Origin: Chrysomallon squamiferum
Taxonomy: Eukaryota > Animalia > Mollusca
Length of the DNA: 64,000 bases
Direction of reading: 5' to 3'
Assembly: GCA_012295275.1 (NCBI GenBank)
Contig: CM022667.1
Span: forward strand, 8,060,001 to 8,124,000
Shown here: positions 1 through 31,590 of the stretch, piece by piece
How the letters are laid out: each line of letters starts with the position of its first letter
Position numbering within the stretch: position 1 is the stretch's first letter
Notes under the pieces: generated by a model
The model's input: the letters and a program-made list of their open reading frames with translations, nothing else
Told to the model about the DNA's origin: nothing
The model's database searches: none
Position numbers and translations under genes: made by a program

Positions 1-20642
<20,642 letters not shown>

Positions 20643-20870
20643 GGCTAAATACTGTCACCAACGACAAACTAAAAAGTTAGTTTCATTCAGCATACATTTA
20701 TATACTTCTTGAAACTGTCTACCGGCCTTCTACACTGTGTGCATGCCGCCATTTTGTTTACCAGTTTCTATGCTACAGAAGTTCAAAGGTTAAATAAACA
20801 GCTTCACAGCAGGTGCTTTTTTGACGTAACGTGCAATCATCTGATTGATTGTTACGCCTTGGTTGTTAAA
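20643..20870 (-). promoter_or_regulatory. Promoter/5'UTR of the distal dynein exon
   Basis: Local CpG enrichment, YY1-type GCCGCCATTTTG at about 20745 and CRE-like TGACGTAA at about 20822. Confidence 0.45.
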
Positions 20871-21035
20871 TAAATGTTGGTTTTATCGAAATTAGTGGAA
20901 CTTTCTCGCTCAGCAGGATTTATCGATTTAGCTGAACTTAAACTGGTCTATTTATGATGCCTTGATGGTTATTATTTTTTAATCGTTTTTTTTTTCCTTC
21001 TTCTTTTCTGATCTTTCTTTTTATTATTATTATAA

Positions 21036-21081
<46 letters not shown>

Positions 21082-21515
21082 TAACATTATGAATGACATT
21101 ACCTGGTTTCATTTATAGTAAGCAAATATTTCAAAACTGACTACGATAATACGAGGAGAGACTGGTCATAAAATTTACCCTGTGTGTCCCGCATATTTTT
21201 ATATCGTGTAAAATAGTCTACATAATTCCTCGGATTCATGGACAGTTATTAAAATAATAAATAAATAAATAAAAGTTTGTTGAATCCTTAATAGGCAGAA
21301 TTAAAGATAAAAAATTATAATAAATAAATAAATAAATAAGTAATTTAATTAGAAAATCAGTAAATAATTAAATAACAATAATAAATCGTAGGTAATAAAA
21401 CAAATGTTAATATATGTCTACTCTTGTCTGTTGAGATCAAGAAAATTAATGTTAGTGTATTTTCTTCTCTTTTTTCGTTCTTTCTAGTCTTTTCTTTTTC
21501 TTATGAAGCGAACAA

Positions 21516-21554
<39 letters not shown>

Positions 21555-22209
21555 TAATTAATTAATTAATTTTTTAATAATATGACTTTATCAAGGAAGC
21601 ATGATATTGTATAACATTAAATTTTAAATAAATAGTTAAATAAAAATCAATACTGAAATTTTATTTATGAAACATATTTTCTTCTTTATTAAACGTTGAC
21701 ATTCTCATTAATTAATTAATTAATTTCAAAAATGTATATTCACCACAGTAATTTGTTTATAAGGTTATCTTTTCGCGGGATAAATATGACGTCGACAATT
21801 GAATGACGTCATTGACAACAGACACACAGTTGCGGTTCGGGCAGGTCATAGTGTTTTACCTAGAATATTTAATCTTTGAAATCAGAAATAATCTCAGTAA
21901 GTTAAACAAATGTATTATAATTAATAATTATAGTAAAAATGTAACTGAAACATAATAATTTTGTCAGGACGTTTACTGTATTAACTTTTAAAATTAATCA
22001 CATGTTCTTCAACTGGCATATTTCACGAAACACTTCTGATAAAATAATAGAGCTGTATTAGTATGGGTATATTTTAGTAAAATGAGTATATGTGTGTTTG
22101 AGTATAGTTTTCTATATGGGTATATGTTTATGTCGGCATATTTTTGTATTGATGTTTGTGTGTGTGGGTATATTTTAGTATCTGAATATATATATAAATA
22201 CATCTGCTT

Positions 22210-22306
22210 ACACATATATTCGCGTCCAAAAAAAAACAAAATAATAATATATATATATATATTATTATTTATTTTATTTATATTTTTTGGACGCGAATAT
22301 ATGTGT
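22210..22306. repeat. Perfect 24-bp inverted repeat (hairpin, MITE-like)
   Basis: acacatatattcgcgtccaaaaaa (22210-22233) is the exact reverse complement of 22283-22306; the spacer is AT-rich and partly palindromic. Confidence 0.9.
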
Positions 22307-22929
22307 TGTATTTTTATATACGGGAATATCTGTATCTGGGTATATTTTGTATGTGGGAGTATGTGTATGTGGATGTGGATACATTTTTCTGTAGGGGTAC
22401 AGAGATAAATAGGTATGTCTTTGTATGTGGGTATAATGTGGGTATATTTGGTGTATTTTATTATATTTTTTTGGTATATAGGTATATGTATAGGTGAGAA
22501 AGAAATGTGTTATTGGTTTCATTTTTCTTATTTATTTATTTATTTATTTATTTATATTTTATATTATATTATGTCATATTGTGTTATATTATATTGTATT
22601 GTATTGTATTGTTGCATTGTATTATACTGTATTGTATTTTTTTTTATTTTTTATTGTTATAATAAGGGAGAGTGATTTTATATGTAAAAACAAAAAGAGA
22701 GGGTATATTTTTACGAGGATATATTTTTATATGTTGGTATATGCGTATTTTTTATTTTTTCCATATCTGTTAATTCATTATTTTTCTTTTCTTTTCATTC
22801 CTTTCCTTTTATTTATTAATTTATTTAAAGAAAGAAATAGAGAGGAAATATACATATGTGTTAGAGAAAAAGAGAGTATAGAACGTTTTGTTATGTGTCG
22901 AGTATTAAAAGAAGGTGCGTATGTAAGTG

Positions 22930-25900
22930 TGTCTGAGAGAGTGGGTATACAGGTATGTGATGTAAAGAGAGAGGGTATAAAGATATAAGAAGTAAAGAGA
23001 GTGGGTACATAGGTATATGATGTAAAGAGAGTGGGTATATAGATATATGAAGTAAAGATAGTGGGTATATAGATACATGAAGTAAAGAGAGTGGGTACAT
23101 AGATATATGAAGTAAAGAGAGTGGGTATACAGGTATCTGATGTAAAGATAGTGGGTATATAGATACATGAAGTAAAGAGAGTGGATACATAGATATATGA
23201 AGTAAAGAGAGTGGGTATACAGGTATCTGATGTAAAGATAGTGGGTATATAGATACATGAAGTAAAGAGAGTGGGTATAAAGATATATGAAGTAAAGAGA
23301 GTGGGTATACAGGTATCTGATGTAAAGATAGTGGGTATATAGATATATGAAGTAAAGAGAGTGGGTACATAGATATATGAAGTAAAGAGAGTGGATATAT
23401 AGGTATATGAAGTAAAGAGAGTGGGTACATAGATATATAAAGAAAAGAGAGTGGGTATATAGGTATGTCTTGTAAAGAGAGTGGGTATATAGGTATATGA
23501 AGTAAAGAGAGTGGGTATATAGGTATATGAAGTAAAGAGAGTGGGTACATAGATATATGAAGTAAAGAGAGTGGGTACATAGATATATGAAGTAAAGAGA
23601 GTGGGTATATAGCTATAAGAAGTAAAGAGAGTGGGTATATAGGTATGTCTTGTAAAGAGAGTGGGTATATAGGTATATGAAGTAAAGAGAGTGGGTACAT
23701 AGATATATGAAGTAAAGAGAGTGGGTATATAGGTATATGAAGTAAAAAGAGAGTGGGTATATAGATATATGAAGTAAAGAGAGTGGGTATATAGATATAT
23801 GAAGTAAAGAGAGTGGGTATATAGGTATATGAAGTAAAGAGAGTGGGTATATAGATATATGAAGTAAAGAGAGTGGGTATATAGGTATGTGAAGTAAAGA
23901 GAGTGGGTAGATAGGTATATGAAGTGAACAGAGTGGGTACATAGGTATATGAAGTAAAGAGAGTGGGTATATAGATATATGAAGTAAAGAGAATGGCTAT
24001 ATAGATATATGAAGTAAAGAGAGTGGGTATATAGATATTTGAAGTAAAGAGAGTGGGTATATGGGTATGCGATGTAAAGAGAGTGGGTATATAGATATAT
24101 GAATTAAAGAGTGTGGGTATATAGGTATATGAAGTAAAGAGAGAGGTTTTATAGATATATGAAGTAAAGAGAGTGGGTATATAGATATATGAAGTAAAGA
24201 GAGTGGGTATATAGGTATATGAAGTGAAGACAATGGGTACATACGTATATGAAGTCAAGAGAGTGGGTATATAGGTATATGAAGTAAAGAGAGGGGGTAT
24301 ATAGATATTTGAAGTAAAGAGAGTGGGTATATGGGTATGCGATGTAAAGAGAGTGGGTATATAGATATATGAATTAAACAGAGTGGGTATATAGATATAT
24401 GAAGTTAAGAGAGTGGGTATAAAGGTATGTGATGTAAAGAGAGTTTATATGTAGGTATATAATGTAAAGAGAATCGGTGTATAGGTATATGATGTAAACA
24501 GGGTGGGTATAAAGGTATGTGAGAGTAAGAGAATAGGTACATAGGTATATGATGTAAAAAGAGCGAGTATATAGGTATTTGAAGTAAAGATAGTGGGTAT
24601 GTAGGTATATGAAGTAAAGAGAGTGGGTATATAGGTATGTGAAGTAAAGAGAGTGGGTATAAAGGTATATGAAGTAAAGAGAGTGGGTATATAGATATAT
24701 GAAGTAAAGAGAGTGGGTATAAAGGTATATGAAGTAAAGAGAGTGGGTACATAGGTGTATGAAGTAAAGAGAGTGGGTATATAGATATATGAAGTAAAGA
24801 GAGTGGGTATAAAGGTATATGAAGTAAAGATAGTGGGTATATAGATATATGAAGTAAAGAGAGTGGGTATATAGATATATGAAGTAAAGAGAGTGGGTAC
24901 ATAGATATATGAAGTAAAGAGAGTGGGTATAAAGGTATATGAAGTAAGGAGAGTGGGTATATAAATATATGAAGTAAAGAGAGTGGGTATATAGGTATAT
25001 GAAGTAAAGAGAGTGGGTATAAAGGTATATGAAGTAAAGAGAGTGGGTATATAGATATATGAAGTAAAGAGAGTGGGTATATAGGTATCTGAAGTGAAGA
25101 CAATGGGTACATAGGTATATGAAGTAAAGAGAGTGGGTATATAGATATATGAAGTAAAGAGAGTGGGTATAGAGATATAAGAAGTAAAGAGAGTGGGTAT
25201 ATAAATATATGAAGTAAAGAGAGTGGGTATATAGGTATCTGAAGTGAAGACAATGGGTACATAGGTATATGAAGTAAAGAGAGTGGGTATATAGATATAT
25301 GAAGTTAAGAGAGTGGGTATATAGATATATGAAGTAAAGAGAGTGGGTATATAGATATATGAAGTAAAGAGAGTGGGTATATAGGTATATGAAGTGAAAC
25401 AATGGGTACATAGATATATGAAGTCAAAGAGAGAGGGTGGGTATATAGTATATGAAGTAAAAGAGAGTGGGTATATAGATATATGAAGTAAAAGAGGGGG
25501 TATATAGGTATATGAAGTAAAAAGAGGTGGGTATACAGGTATATGATGTAAAAGACAATGGGTACATACGTATATGAAGTAAAAAGAGTGGGTATATAGA
25601 TATATATGAATAAAAGAGGGGGTACATAGATATATGAAGTCAAAAGAGAGTGGGTATATAGATATATGAAGTAAAAGAGAGTGGGTATATAGATATATGA
25701 AGTATAAAGAGTGTGGGTATATAGGTATCTGAAGTAAAGAGACAATGGGTATATAGGTATATGAAGTAAAGAGAGTGGGTATATAGGTATATGAAGTTAA
25801 GAGAGTGGGTATATAGATATATGAAGTAAAGAGAGTGGGTATATAGATATATGAAGTAAAGAGAGTGGGTATACAGGTATATGAAGTGAAGACAATGGGT

Positions 25901-27055
25901 ACATACGTATATGAAGTCAAGAGAGTGGGTATATAGTAATATGAAGTAAAGAGAGTGGGTATATAGTAATATGAAGTAAAGAGAGGGGGTATATAGGTAT
26001 ATGAAGTAAAGAGAGTGGGTATATAGGTATATGAAGTAAAGAGAGTGGGTATAAAGGTATATGATGTAAAGAGAGTGGGTATATAGATATATGAAGTAAA
26101 AGATAGTGGGTATATAGATATATGAATTAAAGAGTGTGGGTACATAGGTATATGAAGTAAAGAGAGTGGGTATATAGATATATGAAGTAAAGAGAGTGGA
26201 TATTTAGATATATGAAGTAAACAGAGTGGATATTTAGATATATGAAGTAAAGAGAGTGGGTATATAGATATATGAAGTAAAGAGAGTGTATATAAAGATA
26301 TATGAAGTAAAGTAAGTGGGTATATAGATATATGAAGTAAAGAGAGGGGGTATATAGATATATGAAGTAAAGAGAATGGGTATATAGATATATGAAGTAA
26401 AGAGAGTGGGTATATAGATATATGAAGTAAAGAGAGTGGGTATATAGGTATATGATGTAAAGAGAGTGGGTATATAGATATATGATGTAAAGAGAGTGGG
26501 TATATAGATATATGAAGTAAAGAGAATGGCTATATAGGTATATGAAGTAAAGAGAGTGGGTATATAGATATATGAAGTAAAGAGAGTGGGTATATGGGTA
26601 TGCGATGTAAAGAGAGTGGGTATATAGATATATGAATTAAAGAGTGTGGATAGATAGGTATATGAAGTAAAGAGAGTGGGTATATAGGTATATGAAGTAA
26701 AGAGAATGGGTATATAGATATATGAAGTAAAGAGAGTGGGTATATAGGTATATGAAGTAAAGAGAATGGGTATATAGATATATGAAGTAAAGAGAGTGGA
26801 TATAAAGATATGTGACGTAAAGAGGGTGGGTATAAAGGTATGTGAGAGAAAGAGAATAGGTACGTAGGTATATGATGTAAAGAGAGTGGGTATATAGGTA
26901 TATGATGTAAAAAGAAGTTGGTATATAGGTTTATCATGTAAACAGAGTGGGTGTATAGGTATATGATGTAAAGATAATGGGTATATAGGTTTATCATGTA
27001 AACAGAGTGGGTATGCAGGTATATGATGTAAAGATAGTGGGTATAAAGGTATATT
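22930..27055. repeat. 30-bp satellite array, about 4.1 kb (about 135 copies)
   Basis: Consensus gaagtaaagagagtgggtatatag(a/g)tatat. Purine-rich + strand that is nearly free of C; copies diverge towards both ends. Confidence 0.97.
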
Positions 27056-28648
27056 ATTCTGGTTAATTATTCACTAATTTCTATGTCTGTTTACTGAATT
27101 CTTTTTTATTTTAATAATATTTTTGTAATGTGTTGGTTGTTGTAGTTTATTAAAAAAAAAAAGGGGGACGGATTATATGTAAGAAGAAACTGAGTATATT
27201 TTTTGTTTAGTTAATAACTAGGTTTTCTTTTAATACGCCGATAATTATGGTTTTATTTAGTTATTTGGAGACCGTGTTTCGTGAAGTATCAATGCTGAAG
27301 AATAGTTTAACCTTTGACCTCCTCTGACTCTGTTTTAACCACAACTTTGTGTTACAAGCTTCAAGATCAGATTTTAGTTTTTCAAAATTGGCATCAAGGA
27401 TTCTTTTATCAGACTTCACATACATGTTAATGTTATCTATATACTCCGATCTGTTTGATTTTGGTGAAGCATCTAAATTTGCGTCTAAATTATTTTTATA
27501 TTTTTATATTTAGATCGACGCTTCTAAATTAATTCATGGTATGCGACACAAGAAATGTATATAGATTATAAAGCTCTGGATAAAGATATAAATATATTTT
27601 AGAAATTATTGAACTAAAATGTAATATCTTAAATATATTTTAAAATAATATTTTAGCTTGTTAAGAAACCTGCGCATCACTAAATAAATAAATATGATTT
27701 TCTTTTAATTTTGTGACCTGCGTTGAAATAGGAAATAAAAAATTAAATTAAAAAACGCATAATTGTTGAAAAGTAAGTAGATGATTATTTAACTGTCTAG
27801 AAAAAACCAATAATGACTTTGTTTTTATTATTTCTTTGCGAACACAAATAAGCGTACACGGTAATTAAACAGAAAAGTATTAAATATTAACTGATTTAAC
27901 ACAATGTTTATTATTAACATAAAAACAAACAAACAGACAAGGAAACTAAGAAACAAACTAAATCAATAAATAAATAAATAAATTCAATAAATAAATAAAT
28001 ATTATATGTTATAACTATTATTGTAAGCTGCTTGAAAATTCTTGGACAAGTAAAAAAAAAAAAAGAAAGAAAGAGTATTAAATAAAATAGAATTAAGTTA
28101 TAAATAAATAAATATTTAAATTATTTCACTGTGTCATGTACCTTGAACAAAATTTTTGTAAGCATCATTCCTCACCAAGTAAAGTTTTTAGAAATATTTC
28201 ATAATTAATTTAAATAAACAAATTTTTTTTGTGTACCTAAAATGCAGTGACATTGAGTCACGTGGTGAGTGATGACACCCCCACCTCAGAGTGGCTAATA
28301 CGGGAACTCACACTTGAAAGTGGGTTACTGGGGGACTGTTCACCTTAGGTACAGAACATGAAATTTAAAATGTGTTTAGATATAATCATATATGTATATA
28401 TATTAACTTTAAAGCTATTATGGTTTAAAATTTAAATGATTAAATAATCAAAAATAAATCTTTTTTTTTTATATTAACTGATAACGTTTAGTAACAAAAG
28501 GACCCGGTCTCATACCAGAGATATAATATAAAATTTATTACTTAATGCCGTAGTACAGCGAAAGACAAATTGCAGAATTTTAATAGATCGAATGTCAAAA
28601 TAACAAATTAGTCCAAGGGAGATAACTAGGAGTTTGTAATAATTTGCG

Positions 28649-28921
28649 ATGGACGGAAAAACGCAGCCGAGTTACGATTTGTCGAGCGAATACGACTCAA
28701 AGAATTTAACTATCTATTATTTTCCCACCTCGTACTCATCTCAGAAGGTACTTTTTAGTTTCAATGAGTTTATATTGTTCGGTATAAATATAAGGAGATT
28801 GAGTATAAAATATGTGACAGAAATACGCAGTACCCAGTTTGCTCATTGCATTTGCATCTTCGCTTTTTTTCTGAGGTTTTTATTGCTTATTTAATTATCA
28901 TTATTAGCTTTGTACACTTTT

Positions 28922-29006
<85 letters not shown>

Positions 29007-29308
29007 CACACACACACACACATACACACAGAGAAACGTATGTACACACACACACAAATAAAAATGGAATTAAATTTAAAAAATATTTATAATTATGAAA
29101 TTTGCAGGTTCTGTTTGCTCTGTTTGAAAAGAAACTTAAGTTTCGACCGAGACTTGTGAGTTTGTTTCATGGACAGCATATGGAACCATGGTATGTGAGA
29201 TTGAATCCTGATGGTGTCCATGTTCCAGTTCTTAAAGACAGTGAAACCATCATCAACCACCCAGATGAAATCATTGACTACATTGATTCACATTCAGAAT
29301 CTGGTAAG

Positions 29309-29343
<35 letters not shown>

Positions 29344-29848
29344 TTTGTTCATATATGTTTTTTGGACTGTACATATTTGGTGTGTATTTTAAATTTTTAT
29401 TAAAAAAATAAAATGTACCATATTGAAAATAATGTGGATTTGTTTTTTGTTTTGTTTTTTATGTAACTGTTTAATTTGGGTGTTTTTTTTATGTTGTATT
29501 ATACAATATTAAACATTGTTCATTCTTTTGCTAAAAATTATTGCTTGTCATAACACTGTCCAAACAATAATCAGTAATTTTAAAACAATTATCAAGATGA
29601 TGTTAAAATATAAAACTCTGTTTGTGTTTTAACTGACAGGACCCACGCTGGTTCCCTCCCCTGACACAGAGCTTGGCAAGTCTGTTGCCTCACTGAGAGA
29701 GCAGCTCTACAACATCCCTGTCGACATCATCACCTATGGTGTCATCTTCCATCCTCATCTCTCTCCCTCAGGTTGTGCAATTCCTGCTGCTGTGCAGCGA
29801 AGTATGAAAGGTCAGCTGTTTTCTTTAACAAATTTCAACACTTAGTTC

Positions 29849-29879
<31 letters not shown>

Positions 29880-29888
29880 CTGTCTGTC

Positions 29889-29930
<42 letters not shown>

Positions 29931-29964
29931 TGTGTTTGTGTTTGTGTGTGTGTCTGTCTGTGTT

Positions 29965-30015
<51 letters not shown>

Positions 30016-30149
30016 AGAGAGACACAGAAGCATAAAAGGTCAGCGTTTCTCGTTTAACAAATTTAGTATTACTGATATCAGTACTAAGTCTGTGTGTACA
30101 GAGACAGAGTAGTATGAAAGCTTAATGAGTCTCTCTAACACACATGTAA

Positions 30150-30213
<64 letters not shown>

Positions 30214-30749
30214 CAAATAAACTTATATAAGTATTTATTCATGTACGTATGTATATCTGAGATATAACAGAATATTTAGTTTAGAGATTATTCAGAATTG
30301 TATCAGTAAAAATATCTTAAACTGTTAGTAAAAATAATAATTACAAAATGTTTTTAGCAAAGTATGAAAGCAGACCTGCATGTGAAGGAACATTTAAAAC
30401 TGTTTTAAGATATTAGAAAATATTTATTTCATTCTTCTTCTTTGTCATTTAAATTGATTTAGAAAATTTCACAAAGAGGCTGTGTGTGTTTGCCCACAAA
30501 GCCACGAGACACCCGAGCCTTCGCGACGCATATCTCGCTAAAAGTCAGATAGCCGCTCAGAAGTACGACGTCATAACAGACGAAGAAAACGTAAAAGTTC
30601 AGTTTTATCAGCTTGATGTTCTGTTTGAAGAGATAGAATCCATTCTAAGAAGTAACAAACAAAGTGAGACAAAAATTAACTTATACCTTCTTTCTTCTTT
30701 CTCTTTTGTTTTCCTTTGCTCTTCTTCTTCATATTATTACTTTTATTAC

Positions 30750-30782
<33 letters not shown>

Positions 30783-31590
30783 TACTACTACTACTACTAC
30801 TATTAATATTTGTATGTTTAACTGAAATTTTCTTTTACCTGCTTTCAAACTGTATCTCTTTAATTTAGTTGTTCTATTAGTACAACCATTAGAAGTTATC
30901 AATGAAAACTGGTTAAATATCTTAAATAGCTTTAAATTAGAATTACATTATATTTTCACTGGATCAGTTAACCCATTTTGAAGTATTAATAAACGAAACT
31001 TAGACCATATATAAATTCAGGTTCATTAATTTAATAATGCAGTTTCCAATAGGAAAAGAAATAGCATCTATTAATATGAGATCTAAATTCCGATTGGTTG
31101 TTTGCAGAGCACGAAGGTGAGGCAGACAAGTTCCTTTTGGGTCAGAGTTCACGGCAGCAGACATCAGTCTGTGTTGTTTGTTAAGTAGACTCAGTCTGTT
31201 AGGAATGGAATCTCGCTTCTTCCCTCCAAACAAGAATCCTAACATCCTGAGGTAACTAATAGCAACATAGATGTGTCAGATATATATTTTTTTCTATTTT
31301 AGTTCAGTTGTAATTATATAATTGTAAATACATTTTTAAATTATAGCACTGAAATTTTGTTATTAGTTATTTCTATATGTTTTTTGATTAAGTATTTTAT
31401 CTGCTGCAGTTACTTCCATCGAACTCAACAAAGAAAAGCCTTTCAGAAAATACAAGACGAGGTTGAAGACTTGCGCTGGACTCTCATCTGGGAAGATGTC
31501 AAGGCAGCTTCGCCATACATGGCAGGAGCAACGGCAGTTGGCATGACATTGTTTGCAGTGTACTACTTTGTCAAGAAAGTAACAAAATAG
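28649..31590 (+). CDS. GDAP1: Ganglioside-induced differentiation-associated protein 1-like (GST fold, tail-anchored)
   Basis: Exons 28649-28747 ([11 protein letters not shown]), 29108-29303 ([21 protein letters not shown]), 29640-29810 ([14 protein letters not shown]), 30463-30663 ([11 protein letters not shown]), 31108-31251 ([19 protein letters not shown]; one base short, see findings) and 31410-31590 (C-terminal TM followed by KKVTK stop). Confidence 0.88.
29851..30210. repeat. (TG)n and (AG)n microsatellites in GDAP1 intron 3
   Basis: Visible dinucleotide runs. Similar runs at 7742-7794, 10442-10514, 28923-29003, 34058-34170 and 56690-56764. Confidence 0.95.

Noticed and set aside
22891-26997. 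Long minus-strand ORFs (455, 345, 285 and 566 aa)
   Set aside because: They are translations of the 30-bp satellite. All three frames are open, indels switch frames freely, and there is no splice or promoter context.
22930-27055. CRISPR-like periodicity of about 30 bp
   Set aside because: The units are contiguous with no unique spacers, there are no cas genes, and the context is eukaryotic.
29773-30112. CV- and HT-repeat ORFs (also the ER- and SL-repeat ORFs elsewhere)
   Set aside because: These are translations of dinucleotide microsatellites.
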